IMG/VR virus record: IMGVR_UViG_3300044726_000110
Location: 1-52,308 of that record
Direction: 5' to 3' (one strand)
Length of the DNA stretch: 52,308 nucleotides
Origin: a virus
Lineage: Duplodnaviria; Caudoviricetes
The notes beneath the pieces were generated by a model. The model searched no databases and had not been told where the DNA came from. It saw only the letters and a program-made list of their open reading frames with translations. Positions 8,064 through 15,558 of this stretch are shown here, piece after piece (the stretch's first letter is position 1; every line of letters begins with the position of its first letter). The position numbers and the translations under genes are program-made.

Positions 8064-8401
8064 GCACGCAAGTAGATCCGCGCTTTGAGGTGCGGAGTCA
8101 TCAAATTAAGGGAAAGCGGCTTGAGTTCTTCAAGCTGTACGCGCAGGGGCGCTCTTATCGCGAAATCGCCGATGAGATGGGTTGCGCCCTCGACACCGTG
8201 AACAGCTATTATCGGGATGTGTGTGGCATCCTGTATACGACGAACTTGCGCGCCGTGGTGATGCAGGTCATGTATGACTTGCTGGAGGAGGTCCACGTCG
8301 GCTGGGATAACATGGACTTCGGGTTCGGCTCCACGGATCTGCCAGGATTCGCGCCCTGCTACTACCTTGAGGACAAGATCCTGGAGGATAAGGGCGCATG
8401 A
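8060..8401 (+). CDS. LuxR/sigma region 4-type HTH protein
   Basis: LYAQGRSYREIADEMGCALDTVNSY. Confidence 0.75.
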   Translation: MSTQVDPRFEVRSHQIKGKRLEFFKLYAQGRSYREIADEMGCALDTVNSYYRDVCGILYTTNLRAVVMQVMYDLLEEVHVGWDNMDFGFGSTDLPGFAPCYYLEDKILEDKGA

Positions 8402-8655
8402 ACAGGGAACGACTACAGTGGTTGGCAAACAAACACCGACTGTGTCACTGCAAGCTAGCTATCCACGGGGTGGAGCCGCATTGCCGGGAAGATGGCAAAC
8501 TGTGGCCTTGCAGCGACTCCGAAATCATCGCCTTGGCACTGGAGGCTGAGCGGCTGCGAGCGGCACTGGATGGACACCACGCAGCGTGGGCTACCAAGTG
8601 GGAGAACTGTTCAATCTGTCGCGCCCTCGCAGGCACGGGGGCCAAGAGTGGGTGA
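8398..8655 (+). CDS. hypothetical protein, EAERLR/ALAGT module family
   Basis: ATGA overlap; shares motifs with the two downstream ORFs. Confidence 0.7.
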   Translation: MNRERLQWLANKHRLCHCKLAIHGVEPHCREDGKLWPCSDSEIIALALEAERLRAALDGHHAAWATKWENCSICRALAGTGAKSG

Positions 8656-8968
8656 ACTAAGCGGCACCGGGTTCCAATTGAACGAATCGCGCAGGAGGTT
8701 GGAGGACAACGGCTGGCGGGATGACCGCATCGAGGCGCTGGAGTTGGAGGCTGAGCGGCTGCGAACGGCACGACGAATTGCTGAGCGATACGCCCACTGT
8801 GACGCCAACAACAATTTCATCAAGGCGGTTCGAGACGAGTTCATCGCTGAGTTCTACACAGACGACGACTCGATCTGGGAAGAGGACGCCCTCGCGGGCA
8901 CGGAGGCCAATGTAGATCGCCTGACAGAGGTTATCGAGCGCGAAGGCTGGGAGGATACAAAGCGATGA
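8648..8968 (+). CDS. hypothetical protein, EAERLR/ALAGT module family
   Basis: GTG start overlapping upstream stop region; shared motifs. Confidence 0.65.
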   Translation: MGELSGTGFQLNESRRRLEDNGWRDDRIEALELEAERLRTARRIAERYAHCDANNNFIKAVRDEFIAEFYTDDDSIWEEDALAGTEANVDRLTEVIEREGWEDTKR

Positions 8969-9258
8969 CTGAACCGCTTACGGCTGAGGAACTGCGGAGG
9001 CTACGGTCTGATACGGAGGCTGGCTATACCGCGAAGGCACCTACCGTCGCGGCGTTGCTTGCCACCATCGACGACCTGGAAGCGGAGGCTGAGCGGCTGC
9101 GCGCTAGGTTGTCGGATGCTGAACGGAATCTCGAAGACGCGGGGCGCTGGGCTAATCAGGCACGGAACCTATGCGCGTCGATTGTAGGAATGGCAGATGC
9201 ATACAAGAGTTACAGCGCCCTTGCGGGCACGGGGGCCGAATCGGTATTGAGGCAGTGA
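8965..9258 (+). CDS. hypothetical coiled-coil protein, EAERLR/ALAGT family (Ea22-like N-terminus)
   Basis: GGAGG RBS; ATGA overlap; APTVAALLATIDDLE. Confidence 0.7.
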   Translation: MTEPLTAEELRRLRSDTEAGYTAKAPTVAALLATIDDLEAEAERLRARLSDAERNLEDAGRWANQARNLCASIVGMADAYKSYSALAGTGAESVLRQ

Positions 9259-9259
9259 T
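9238..9259 (-). repeat. 20-bp motif, copy 4
   Basis: GAATCGGTATTGAGGCAGTGAT; contains the stop of the 8965 gene and the start of the next. Confidence 0.95.
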
Positions 9260-9683
9260 TAACGGATCAGTTTGGCCTCTGCATCCAACCTGTCACAGCA
9301 ACGGCCTGTGGGTGCGCCAAGTATACTGGAGCGACGAGGAATCCCAGATGGACGGGGTGATGCGCCGCTGGTGCAGCTTTTGCCGCGGCCTCCATCCCGG
9401 CGACCTCATGGATGCGCTAGCAATGGGGGCGGGGCTAACGTGCGCGGTCCAGGATCCCTATAAGTACGGGATGATCGTGGGCCTGCCGCCGCAAATGTTG
9501 CGCTTTTGGCCGCAGCATCTAGATGACGTGGGATGGGGCGACGGGGTGCGAGAATCGTTGCTAGACGCGATTAAGGCGGTCAGCGGGTACTGGTTCGAGT
9601 TCGGTACCGGTACCGTTCGTTGGGGACGAGGGCCGCGTTCAGCTAGCGCTAGCAGCTTGACTAGCCACTTCGCCCATTTATAA
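9255..9683 (+). CDS. hypothetical protein
   Basis: GTGA overlap; CSFCRGLHP motif. Confidence 0.6.
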   Translation: MINGSVWPLHPTCHSNGLWVRQVYWSDEESQMDGVMRRWCSFCRGLHPGDLMDALAMGAGLTCAVQDPYKYGMIVGLPPQMLRFWPQHLDDVGWGDGVRESLLDAIKAVSGYWFEFGTGTVRWGRGPRSASASSLTSHFAHL

Positions 9684-9690
9684 TGAGCAC

Positions 9691-10113
9691 ATGGACTTGG
9701 ACAGCGTTCCGGTGCGAGCACGCACCCCGCACGGCGTGCCGCGATCTGCGACATCTAAGGCATTAAAGGCGAAATGGATGGCCGATAACCCCACGCCGGG
9801 GGAAGCTGCATTCCGCCATATCCTGATGAGCCTGGGCATTGAGCACGAGTTCCAGACGCAAGCCCAGATCGCGGGGTTCATCGTTGACTTTTATCACTGC
9901 GGTCTACGTACTGATGGCAAGGTTTGCCGGCCCTTTGTGGTCGAAATCGATGGTGCTAGCCATTTCACGGCGGCGGGCAAGAAGAAGGATGCGGAGCGGA
10001 CGCGGGCGCTGAAAAGGACCGGCGTCAGCCAGGTAATCCGCTTTACGAACACTGAAGTGATCAAGAATCGGAAGAGTATCCTGCAAGTTGTGATGAGCGC
10101 CCGTGGCAACTGA
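9691..10113 (+). CDS. DUF559 / Vsr-like endonuclease
   Basis: TPGE...Q.QIAGFIVDF...VEIDGASH...DAERT...VIRFTN. Confidence 0.85.
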   Translation: MDLDSVPVRARTPHGVPRSATSKALKAKWMADNPTPGEAAFRHILMSLGIEHEFQTQAQIAGFIVDFYHCGLRTDGKVCRPFVVEIDGASHFTAAGKKKDAERTRALKRTGVSQVIRFTNTEVIKNRKSILQVVMSARGN

Positions 10114-10966
10114 TCCAATCGCACTTCTGCTCGAACAAATGGTCGAGGGCATCGAGGGACTCAAGGGCGACGACAAGGCCGCGTACGATGACCTGGAGTT
10201 CTACTCGCGCTACGTCATTGGATACGGGAATCCTGACTACAAGAGCAACAGTAGGTTTCTGCGCAAAATCTACCAGGAATTGCAGTATTCGACGGATGAG
10301 GAGTTCCTGATCCTTGGTCCGCGGCAGTCTGCGAAGTCTCAGGCCGTCACGATTACTTATACCACGTGGTCAATTGGCCGAAATCCGCTTTTGCGGTTCC
10401 TTTTGGCGTTTGCATCGATGGATGTGCAGGGTTTGGCCTTCGCTCGGCAGCTAGATCAGATCATTTCGGGCAATGAGCGCTATATCAAGATATTTGGGCA
10501 GCTTAAGCCCGATAAGCCCGAAAAGTGGGATGCGAAAGAGAAGATCGTGTCGAGGGACACGCCTCCCGGCGGTTTGAAAGACCCCACGATCAGCGTGGTG
10601 GGTCTTGGAAGCGCGGTTCCGTCGAAACGCGCCGATGTCATCATTTGTGACGACTTGGTCACGGGGGAAAACGCGTACTCGCCCGCATTGAGGAAGATGG
10701 TCAGCAGCTTTGTGAAGCAGAGCCTGATGCCCATCCTGGTGCCGGGTGGCAAGACCATCGTGGTCGGGTCGCGCTGGGATCCACGAGACATCTATGCTGA
10801 ACTGAGCAACGACTGGGGAAAGCCCTTCCCACGTACGGTTCCCATCGATACCAAGATCCTGTATGATAAGAGCGGCGGCGACGCGGTCACCGAAGAGGAA
10901 CTTGAAGAGTTCTATGATGACGTTGAGCTTAGTCCTGACGAGAAGCGCGAAACGATCCTTGTATGA
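10103..10966 (+). CDS. terL: terminase large subunit, N-terminal ATPase half
   Basis: Walker A GPRQSAKS, Walker B VIICDD, coupling motif GSRW. Confidence 0.9.
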   Translation: MATDPIALLLEQMVEGIEGLKGDDKAAYDDLEFYSRYVIGYGNPDYKSNSRFLRKIYQELQYSTDEEFLILGPRQSAKSQAVTITYTTWSIGRNPLLRFLLAFASMDVQGLAFARQLDQIISGNERYIKIFGQLKPDKPEKWDAKEKIVSRDTPPGGLKDPTISVVGLGSAVPSKRADVIICDDLVTGENAYSPALRKMVSSFVKQSLMPILVPGGKTIVVGSRWDPRDIYAELSNDWGKPFPRTVPIDTKILYDKSGGDAVTEEELEEFYDDVELSPDEKRETILV

Positions 10967-10984
10967 TGAGCTTTAGGTGAAATC

Positions 10985-12082
10985 ATGGCGGTCCTGATCT
11001 ACGAGAGAGCCATACATGTGCATACGTCCCGGCACAGCCAGTATTGTGAGAAAGGCTGTGATCTAGAGGACGGGGACTTGCAGAGCTACTGGCCTGAGCA
11101 CTGGCCGGTCGAGAAGCTGGCACGCAAGTGGCGAGCCGTCACATCAGGGCCGTTCGGGGCTGGATACCAGAATGATCCGAATGCGTTGTCGGGAAACGCG
11201 CTGGAACGCGATTGGGTCCACTTCTACGACCAGGAGATGCTCGATGCTCATCGCAGACTACTGGGAGTACCGCGCGGTTCTCTACATGCCGGGGCTGACC
11301 CAACAAGAGGAGGATCAGGACGGGATCCAGACTTTTTTGCGTGTATTCACGCTGAGCGACTCGAAAACCGGGCATACTTTCTTGACTTCTTCAATCGTCG
11401 GCTCCGAATCGACGAACAGGCCCAATTTCTTGAAGATTGGATCACTGTACGGGGTGGGATACAGACTGGGGTTATCGAGGACACGTCAGAGAAGGGTTAC
11501 GTTTGGAATGACCTCCAGCAGGTAAACAAGGATCCCGTAACCGGGCGGGCGCAGGGCACAAGGTTCAACTGGGTCGTTGAGAAGGCGCAGGGGCGCAACG
11601 CAGTGGGTGCCAAGGAACTCCGATATCTGGCGATGGCACCACGCTTCAAGAACGCCCAAATCATGATTCCTGGCATCAGGGACGGGTTGGAGTGGCGAGT
11701 TGATCCGCGCTGGGACATATTCATGCAGGAATGGTGCGCCTTTCCATCAGGTCACGATGACTTGCTGGATGCGGCGTTTTGGACCTCATTTGCGTGTTTT
11801 GGGAAGGAAGCGCCCGCATCAGCGATCCTGTCGGAGAAAAGCGCGTCAGATCGGTTGAGGGAAAAGGTGAAGGGCCGCGTGTGTGATCGAGAGGCCCATG
11901 TGCGCTTTGGTCAGCCGCTTGACCTCTGTGGGCGCTGTATGGCAGAGTTTGAAGCCAGCCAATCGCTGGCGGCTGGCCGCGAACAACTTGGCTCGCAACA
12001 AGCGGGCCAGCCGTCAGCGAGGGGTCTTGAAGTCCATCGATACGACCGGCCAAGCGTAGGGATGGGATTAAGGGGACGGTAA
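10985..12082 (+). CDS. terL: terminase large subunit, C-terminal lid plus RNase H-like nuclease half
   Basis: WPEHWPVEKL, YQNDP, GADP, FPSGHDDLLDA; own AGGTGA RBS. Confidence 0.88.
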   Translation: MAVLIYERAIHVHTSRHSQYCEKGCDLEDGDLQSYWPEHWPVEKLARKWRAVTSGPFGAGYQNDPNALSGNALERDWVHFYDQEMLDAHRRLLGVPRGSLHAGADPTRGGSGRDPDFFACIHAERLENRAYFLDFFNRRLRIDEQAQFLEDWITVRGGIQTGVIEDTSEKGYVWNDLQQVNKDPVTGRAQGTRFNWVVEKAQGRNAVGAKELRYLAMAPRFKNAQIMIPGIRDGLEWRVDPRWDIFMQEWCAFPSGHDDLLDAAFWTSFACFGKEAPASAILSEKSASDRLREKVKGRVCDREAHVRFGQPLDLCGRCMAEFEASQSLAAGREQLGSQQAGQPSARGLEVHRYDRPSVGMGLRGR

Positions 12083-12526
12083 GTGTTTAAGAGTACGCGA
12101 AGAGATCAGGAGTGTCAGCCACTCTCCTGGACCAGCATGATCCCAACGATGAGTACAGATCCTAACGATGGCGCCACAATGGAAATATGGAGCCTAGATC
12201 CGCTCGACTGTGGCGTCTTTTGGTTGGATTTCGGCAAAATCGATGCCAACAACACTTATACAGTGCGTGTGCTGGCTTTGCTGGATAATGGCGAGGAGCG
12301 GGTTGTGAGTCGGGCGGATATCAACTTTTTGAAGCCCTTTCCGAACTGGCCGGTGAGTGTGCATGTAAATGGCACCCCGCAGCGCTTTGACGGGATCCTG
12401 GACGTTGGGTTTGATGTGTATCCCTTTGAGCGGCGTTTGACAATTGTGCAGACGCAAGGCAAGGGATCGGTGTTGCGGTGGAGCGCCTTGACGGGCTTCA
12501 CACAGCCAGCTACCGTTAGCGCGTGA
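12083..12526 (+). CDS. hypothetical beta-rich protein
   Basis: Abuts TerL stop; GTGA overlap with portal. Confidence 0.65.
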   Translation: MFKSTRRDQECQPLSWTSMIPTMSTDPNDGATMEIWSLDPLDCGVFWLDFGKIDANNTYTVRVLALLDNGEERVVSRADINFLKPFPNWPVSVHVNGTPQRFDGILDVGFDVYPFERRLTIVQTQGKGSVLRWSALTGFTQPATVSA

Positions 12527-14043
12527 GTGCTCCCCTATACCCGGTTCGAGCTTCGGAGTCGTCCTACAGCAGCCTCCCCGTGCAATACGAGACGGGGCGC
12601 AAAGAGGACCGCGGATATCGCCTGATTGGGCAGAACGGCAACGGTCGCGAGCTTCCTGAGTACATGCAGGATCGCATGATCGTCAACTCGTTCAAAGCCT
12701 GGAGGACGAACCCGCTGGCGAAGCGCATCATTGAGATGCAGCTAAACTTCATCCTTGGTAATGGGCTGAGCGTCAACGCGCCGGAACCGGAGCATGCAAG
12801 TGCCATTTTTCAGTGGTGGAATGATCCATACAACAACTGGCCGTATAAGATGCCCCGGCGACTTCGTGACCTGGGGATCTATGGGGAATGGCTCCATCGT
12901 CCCCTCGTTGACCGAGACGGCTTCGTTAGGGTTGGTGACGTACAGCCGGATGCAATCAGTGTGGTTCGCCCTGATCCACTAGACCACGGTGAGGTTGACC
13001 AGATCATCCTGAAGTCTGTTGTGCAGGGCGGGCAGGTTACCGAGCTTCCGCCCATCAACGTGATCAGGAAGCGGCTCATTGTGTACCCACAGGGCCACAT
13101 CGGGCTTGATGAGGACTACACGGGCGACCTGTTCTACTTCGGGATGAATAGGACGACTGACTCGCTGCGCGGCGTCGGTGAACTGTTCACGCTGCTCGAC
13201 TACATGGACGCGTACGATGACATGCTTTTCTCCCGTGTGGAGAAAGTGCGCCTGATGAACCAGTTCTTCTGGGATGTATCTATTGACGGTATGACTGAGA
13301 CTGAGATCGGGCAGTGGCTGGAACGTCAGACCGATTTGCCGCCGAAGGCTGGTGGCGTGTTTGCGCACAACAGCGCAATCGTGGCTCAGGCCGTTGTGCC
13401 GGACCTGAAGGCTGATGACCACAGCAAGGACGCCGAGCTGATCAACTCACATATCATCAGCGGTGCGGGCTGGCCGGGGACGTTCTTTGATAGCCCTGGA
13501 TCCGCTGGGCGCGCGGTTGGTGCGGAGATGGCCGAGCCTGCACTGAGGAATGTGGTGAACCTGCAATCCCAGGTTAACGCGATGCTGCGCTTCGAGATTG
13601 ATTATCATCTTTGGAGCATGTACAAGGCCGGTAGCTTTAAGACGGATCCCCGCGATGTTGAGTATAGCTTGAGTTTTAACAAGCCCTCTGCAAGGGATAT
13701 CTCAAGGATCGGGCCAGCGCTCAAGAACCTGATCGTGGGTATCAAGGACGCGCAGGGCATGTATGCGCTGAGCCAGGAAGAGGCGCGCCAGATCATTGTG
13801 AGCGCCGCTAACCAGCTTGGAATCAGCGATCTGCCGCTAGACATGGAACTGCCGCCCGAACTGGTGAAGATGGCCGAGGATGCCCGCACAATGGCTGCGG
13901 ACGCGATGAAGGCCAAGAGCGAACCGGCAGTGGCGGGTAAGCCTGCGGCTAATGGTAAATCGGCAAGGGAACACCTGGATGAAGTGCTACAGCCAAAGCA
14001 CAAGTCCAGCCGCCGGATCCTATGGGGAGCCGGTACAGGTTAA
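12523..14043 (+). CDS. portal protein
   Basis: 506 aa between TerL and capsid; NPLAKRIIE...FILGNG, IYGE, RGVGEL portal-like motifs. Confidence 0.8.
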   Translation: MSAPLYPVRASESSYSSLPVQYETGRKEDRGYRLIGQNGNGRELPEYMQDRMIVNSFKAWRTNPLAKRIIEMQLNFILGNGLSVNAPEPEHASAIFQWWNDPYNNWPYKMPRRLRDLGIYGEWLHRPLVDRDGFVRVGDVQPDAISVVRPDPLDHGEVDQIILKSVVQGGQVTELPPINVIRKRLIVYPQGHIGLDEDYTGDLFYFGMNRTTDSLRGVGELFTLLDYMDAYDDMLFSRVEKVRLMNQFFWDVSIDGMTETEIGQWLERQTDLPPKAGGVFAHNSAIVAQAVVPDLKADDHSKDAELINSHIISGAGWPGTFFDSPGSAGRAVGAEMAEPALRNVVNLQSQVNAMLRFEIDYHLWSMYKAGSFKTDPRDVEYSLSFNKPSARDISRIGPALKNLIVGIKDAQGMYALSQEEARQIIVSAANQLGISDLPLDMELPPELVKMAEDARTMAADAMKAKSEPAVAGKPAANGKSAREHLDEVLQPKHKSSRRILWGAGTG

Positions 14044-14058
14044 CTAGGAGTACGCACC

Positions 14059-14478
14059 ATGTCTGAAATCGTCAATGTCCCATGTAAGTTGCGCCTGACC
14101 GAGATTCGCCGCAAGAATGGCGAGTTGGATCCTGCACTTCATGTGCAAGGGATGAGCAGGCTCAGCAACTCACTCATTGATCAAACCTGGCAGCAGAACG
14201 GTTCGTGGGTCGAACCGGTGGTCAAGATCCATGTGGACAACAACTTTGTCTACGTGGCGTTCTTGGCGCGGAGCATGGAGGAGACACCCGATGTCGGCAT
14301 CCAGTGGAGACACCGGTTTGACGACATGGCATTCAGGCGGAATGTGGAAACCGCGGTGCGCATGGCCTTTGATGACTATGCATCCGCGCGTCATGATCGC
14401 GGCTTGCTAGTCACGAAGGACGGTCTTAATATCGTCACCGTAGACGCGCTAGCCGGGCCGATGCCTGGACGAATCTAG
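14059..14478 (+). CDS. hypothetical protein
   Basis: AGGAGTACGCACC start motif. Confidence 0.75.
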   Translation: MSEIVNVPCKLRLTEIRRKNGELDPALHVQGMSRLSNSLIDQTWQQNGSWVEPVVKIHVDNNFVYVAFLARSMEETPDVGIQWRHRFDDMAFRRNVETAVRMAFDDYASARHDRGLLVTKDGLNIVTVDALAGPMPGRI

Positions 14479-14480
14479 AG

Positions 14481-14792
14481 GTGCTTCCGATGATTCAGGG
14501 GTTGGGGTTATTCCTTGCGGAGTCGGTCCCAATCACCTTGCCCGAAGGCGGGATCATCGGCCTTGCTACCGTTGCAGTCGGTGTACTCTGGAGGCGCGCA
14601 ATCATACTTGAGGACCGATCCCATAATGACTCGTTAGCCAGCCTCAAAGCCGTTGAAGCTATGGCGAACGCGTTGAAGGATTCGGTCAAGACCGTCGAGC
14701 GCCAAACATCTGAGATTAAGGTGCTTACGGAGGAGGTCCGCGCCCTACGTGCGCAGATCCACGATCTGCCGAGTAAGGTAGCGCACAAATGA
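14481..14792 (+). CDS. TM plus coiled-coil protein (holin-like)
   Basis: GGIIGLATVAVGVLW helix followed by heptad region. Confidence 0.6.
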   Translation: MLPMIQGLGLFLAESVPITLPEGGIIGLATVAVGVLWRRAIILEDRSHNDSLASLKAVEAMANALKDSVKTVERQTSEIKVLTEEVRALRAQIHDLPSKVAHK

Positions 14793-14971
14793 TCGTAAAG
14801 AAGCTGTTACGGGCCTTTGCGCCGTGCCGACGTTACAGTATGACTCCCGAGGTTGCAGACGCCGTTAAGTCTGCGTATGCTGAAGTCCATGCCGCGAACA
14901 CAGTCATCCAGCGCATTGCGGATGAGAATGCAGTCGCGGCGCAGAAAAAAGCGCTTCGGAGAGTCCGGTGA
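14789..14971 (+). CDS. hypothetical protein (60 aa)
   Basis: ATGA/GTGA coupling on both sides. Confidence 0.6.
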   Translation: MIVKKLLRAFAPCRRYSMTPEVADAVKSAYAEVHAANTVIQRIADENAVAAQKKALRRVR

Positions 14972-15291
14972 GTGAAAGCATCTACGTATCCTTGAGTGTG
15001 GTGGTCTTGGTGTCGTGGTTGGTGACGCAGGGCACCTGGTTACGGAGATTACGCCGTGCGAATGGGACGAGGCCGTTCATCCGGCTTACGTTAGCCGTAG
15101 GATCGTTGAACACCTTAATTGGTGTTCTTTTCGTCATTACCGCGTTCCACAGCGTGCCGGACGATATCTTCCACTACGCGGCGGGCTGCACCTATCGGGC
15201 GGTATCGTTGTTGACCTGCGCCCTTATGTGGCAGTTGCAGCACCGCCTCCATGATGCTAAAACTCACTTGAGTATGCACGCGGAGGAGTAA
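14968..15291 (+). CDS. three-TM membrane protein
   Basis: Three hydrophobic segments. Confidence 0.65.
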   Translation: MSESIYVSLSVVVLVSWLVTQGTWLRRLRRANGTRPFIRLTLAVGSLNTLIGVLFVITAFHSVPDDIFHYAAGCTYRAVSLLTCALMWQLQHRLHDAKTHLSMHAEE

Positions 15292-15292
15292 T

Positions 15293-15493
15293 ATGGGTGA
15301 CCTAGATCCAAGAGGTCCGTTCAGAGTGGCGGCGGCTGCGGTCAGCGGCGCGCTTACGCTCACGCTCAATGCGGTGTTCCCAGATGTCCCCACGGAGATC
15401 TGGATCGCCTGGGGCGCGGCAATCATGGCTATCGTCGGCGTCGGCGAAGTCATCTACGATGGGCGGCGTAAGCCAGTGGTGCCCGTTCCGTAA
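15293..15493 (+). CDS. two-TM holin-like protein
   Basis: GGAGGAG RBS; two TM helices and a basic C-tail (GRRK). Confidence 0.65.
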   Translation: MGDLDPRGPFRVAAAAVSGALTLTLNAVFPDVPTEIWIAWGAAIMAIVGVGEVIYDGRRKPVVPVP

Positions 15494-15501
15494 ATTTGTA
15501 G

Positions 15502-15530
15502 TTGACGGCTGCGCCGCGTGAGGTTACTCT
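15502..15530 (+). promoter_or_regulatory. sigma70-like promoter for capsid gene
   Basis: TTGACG-17 nt-TACTCT; implies capsid start lies downstream of 15502. Confidence 0.5.
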
Positions 15531-15558
15531 TGCGCGGCGAGCCAGTCAGGTTGTCCTC

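Noticed and set aside
10964-10984. TGA recoding (alternative genetic code) joining the TerL halves
   Set aside because: Many genes end in TGA with ATGA/GTGA coupling, so TGA is a stop; the second half has its own RBS
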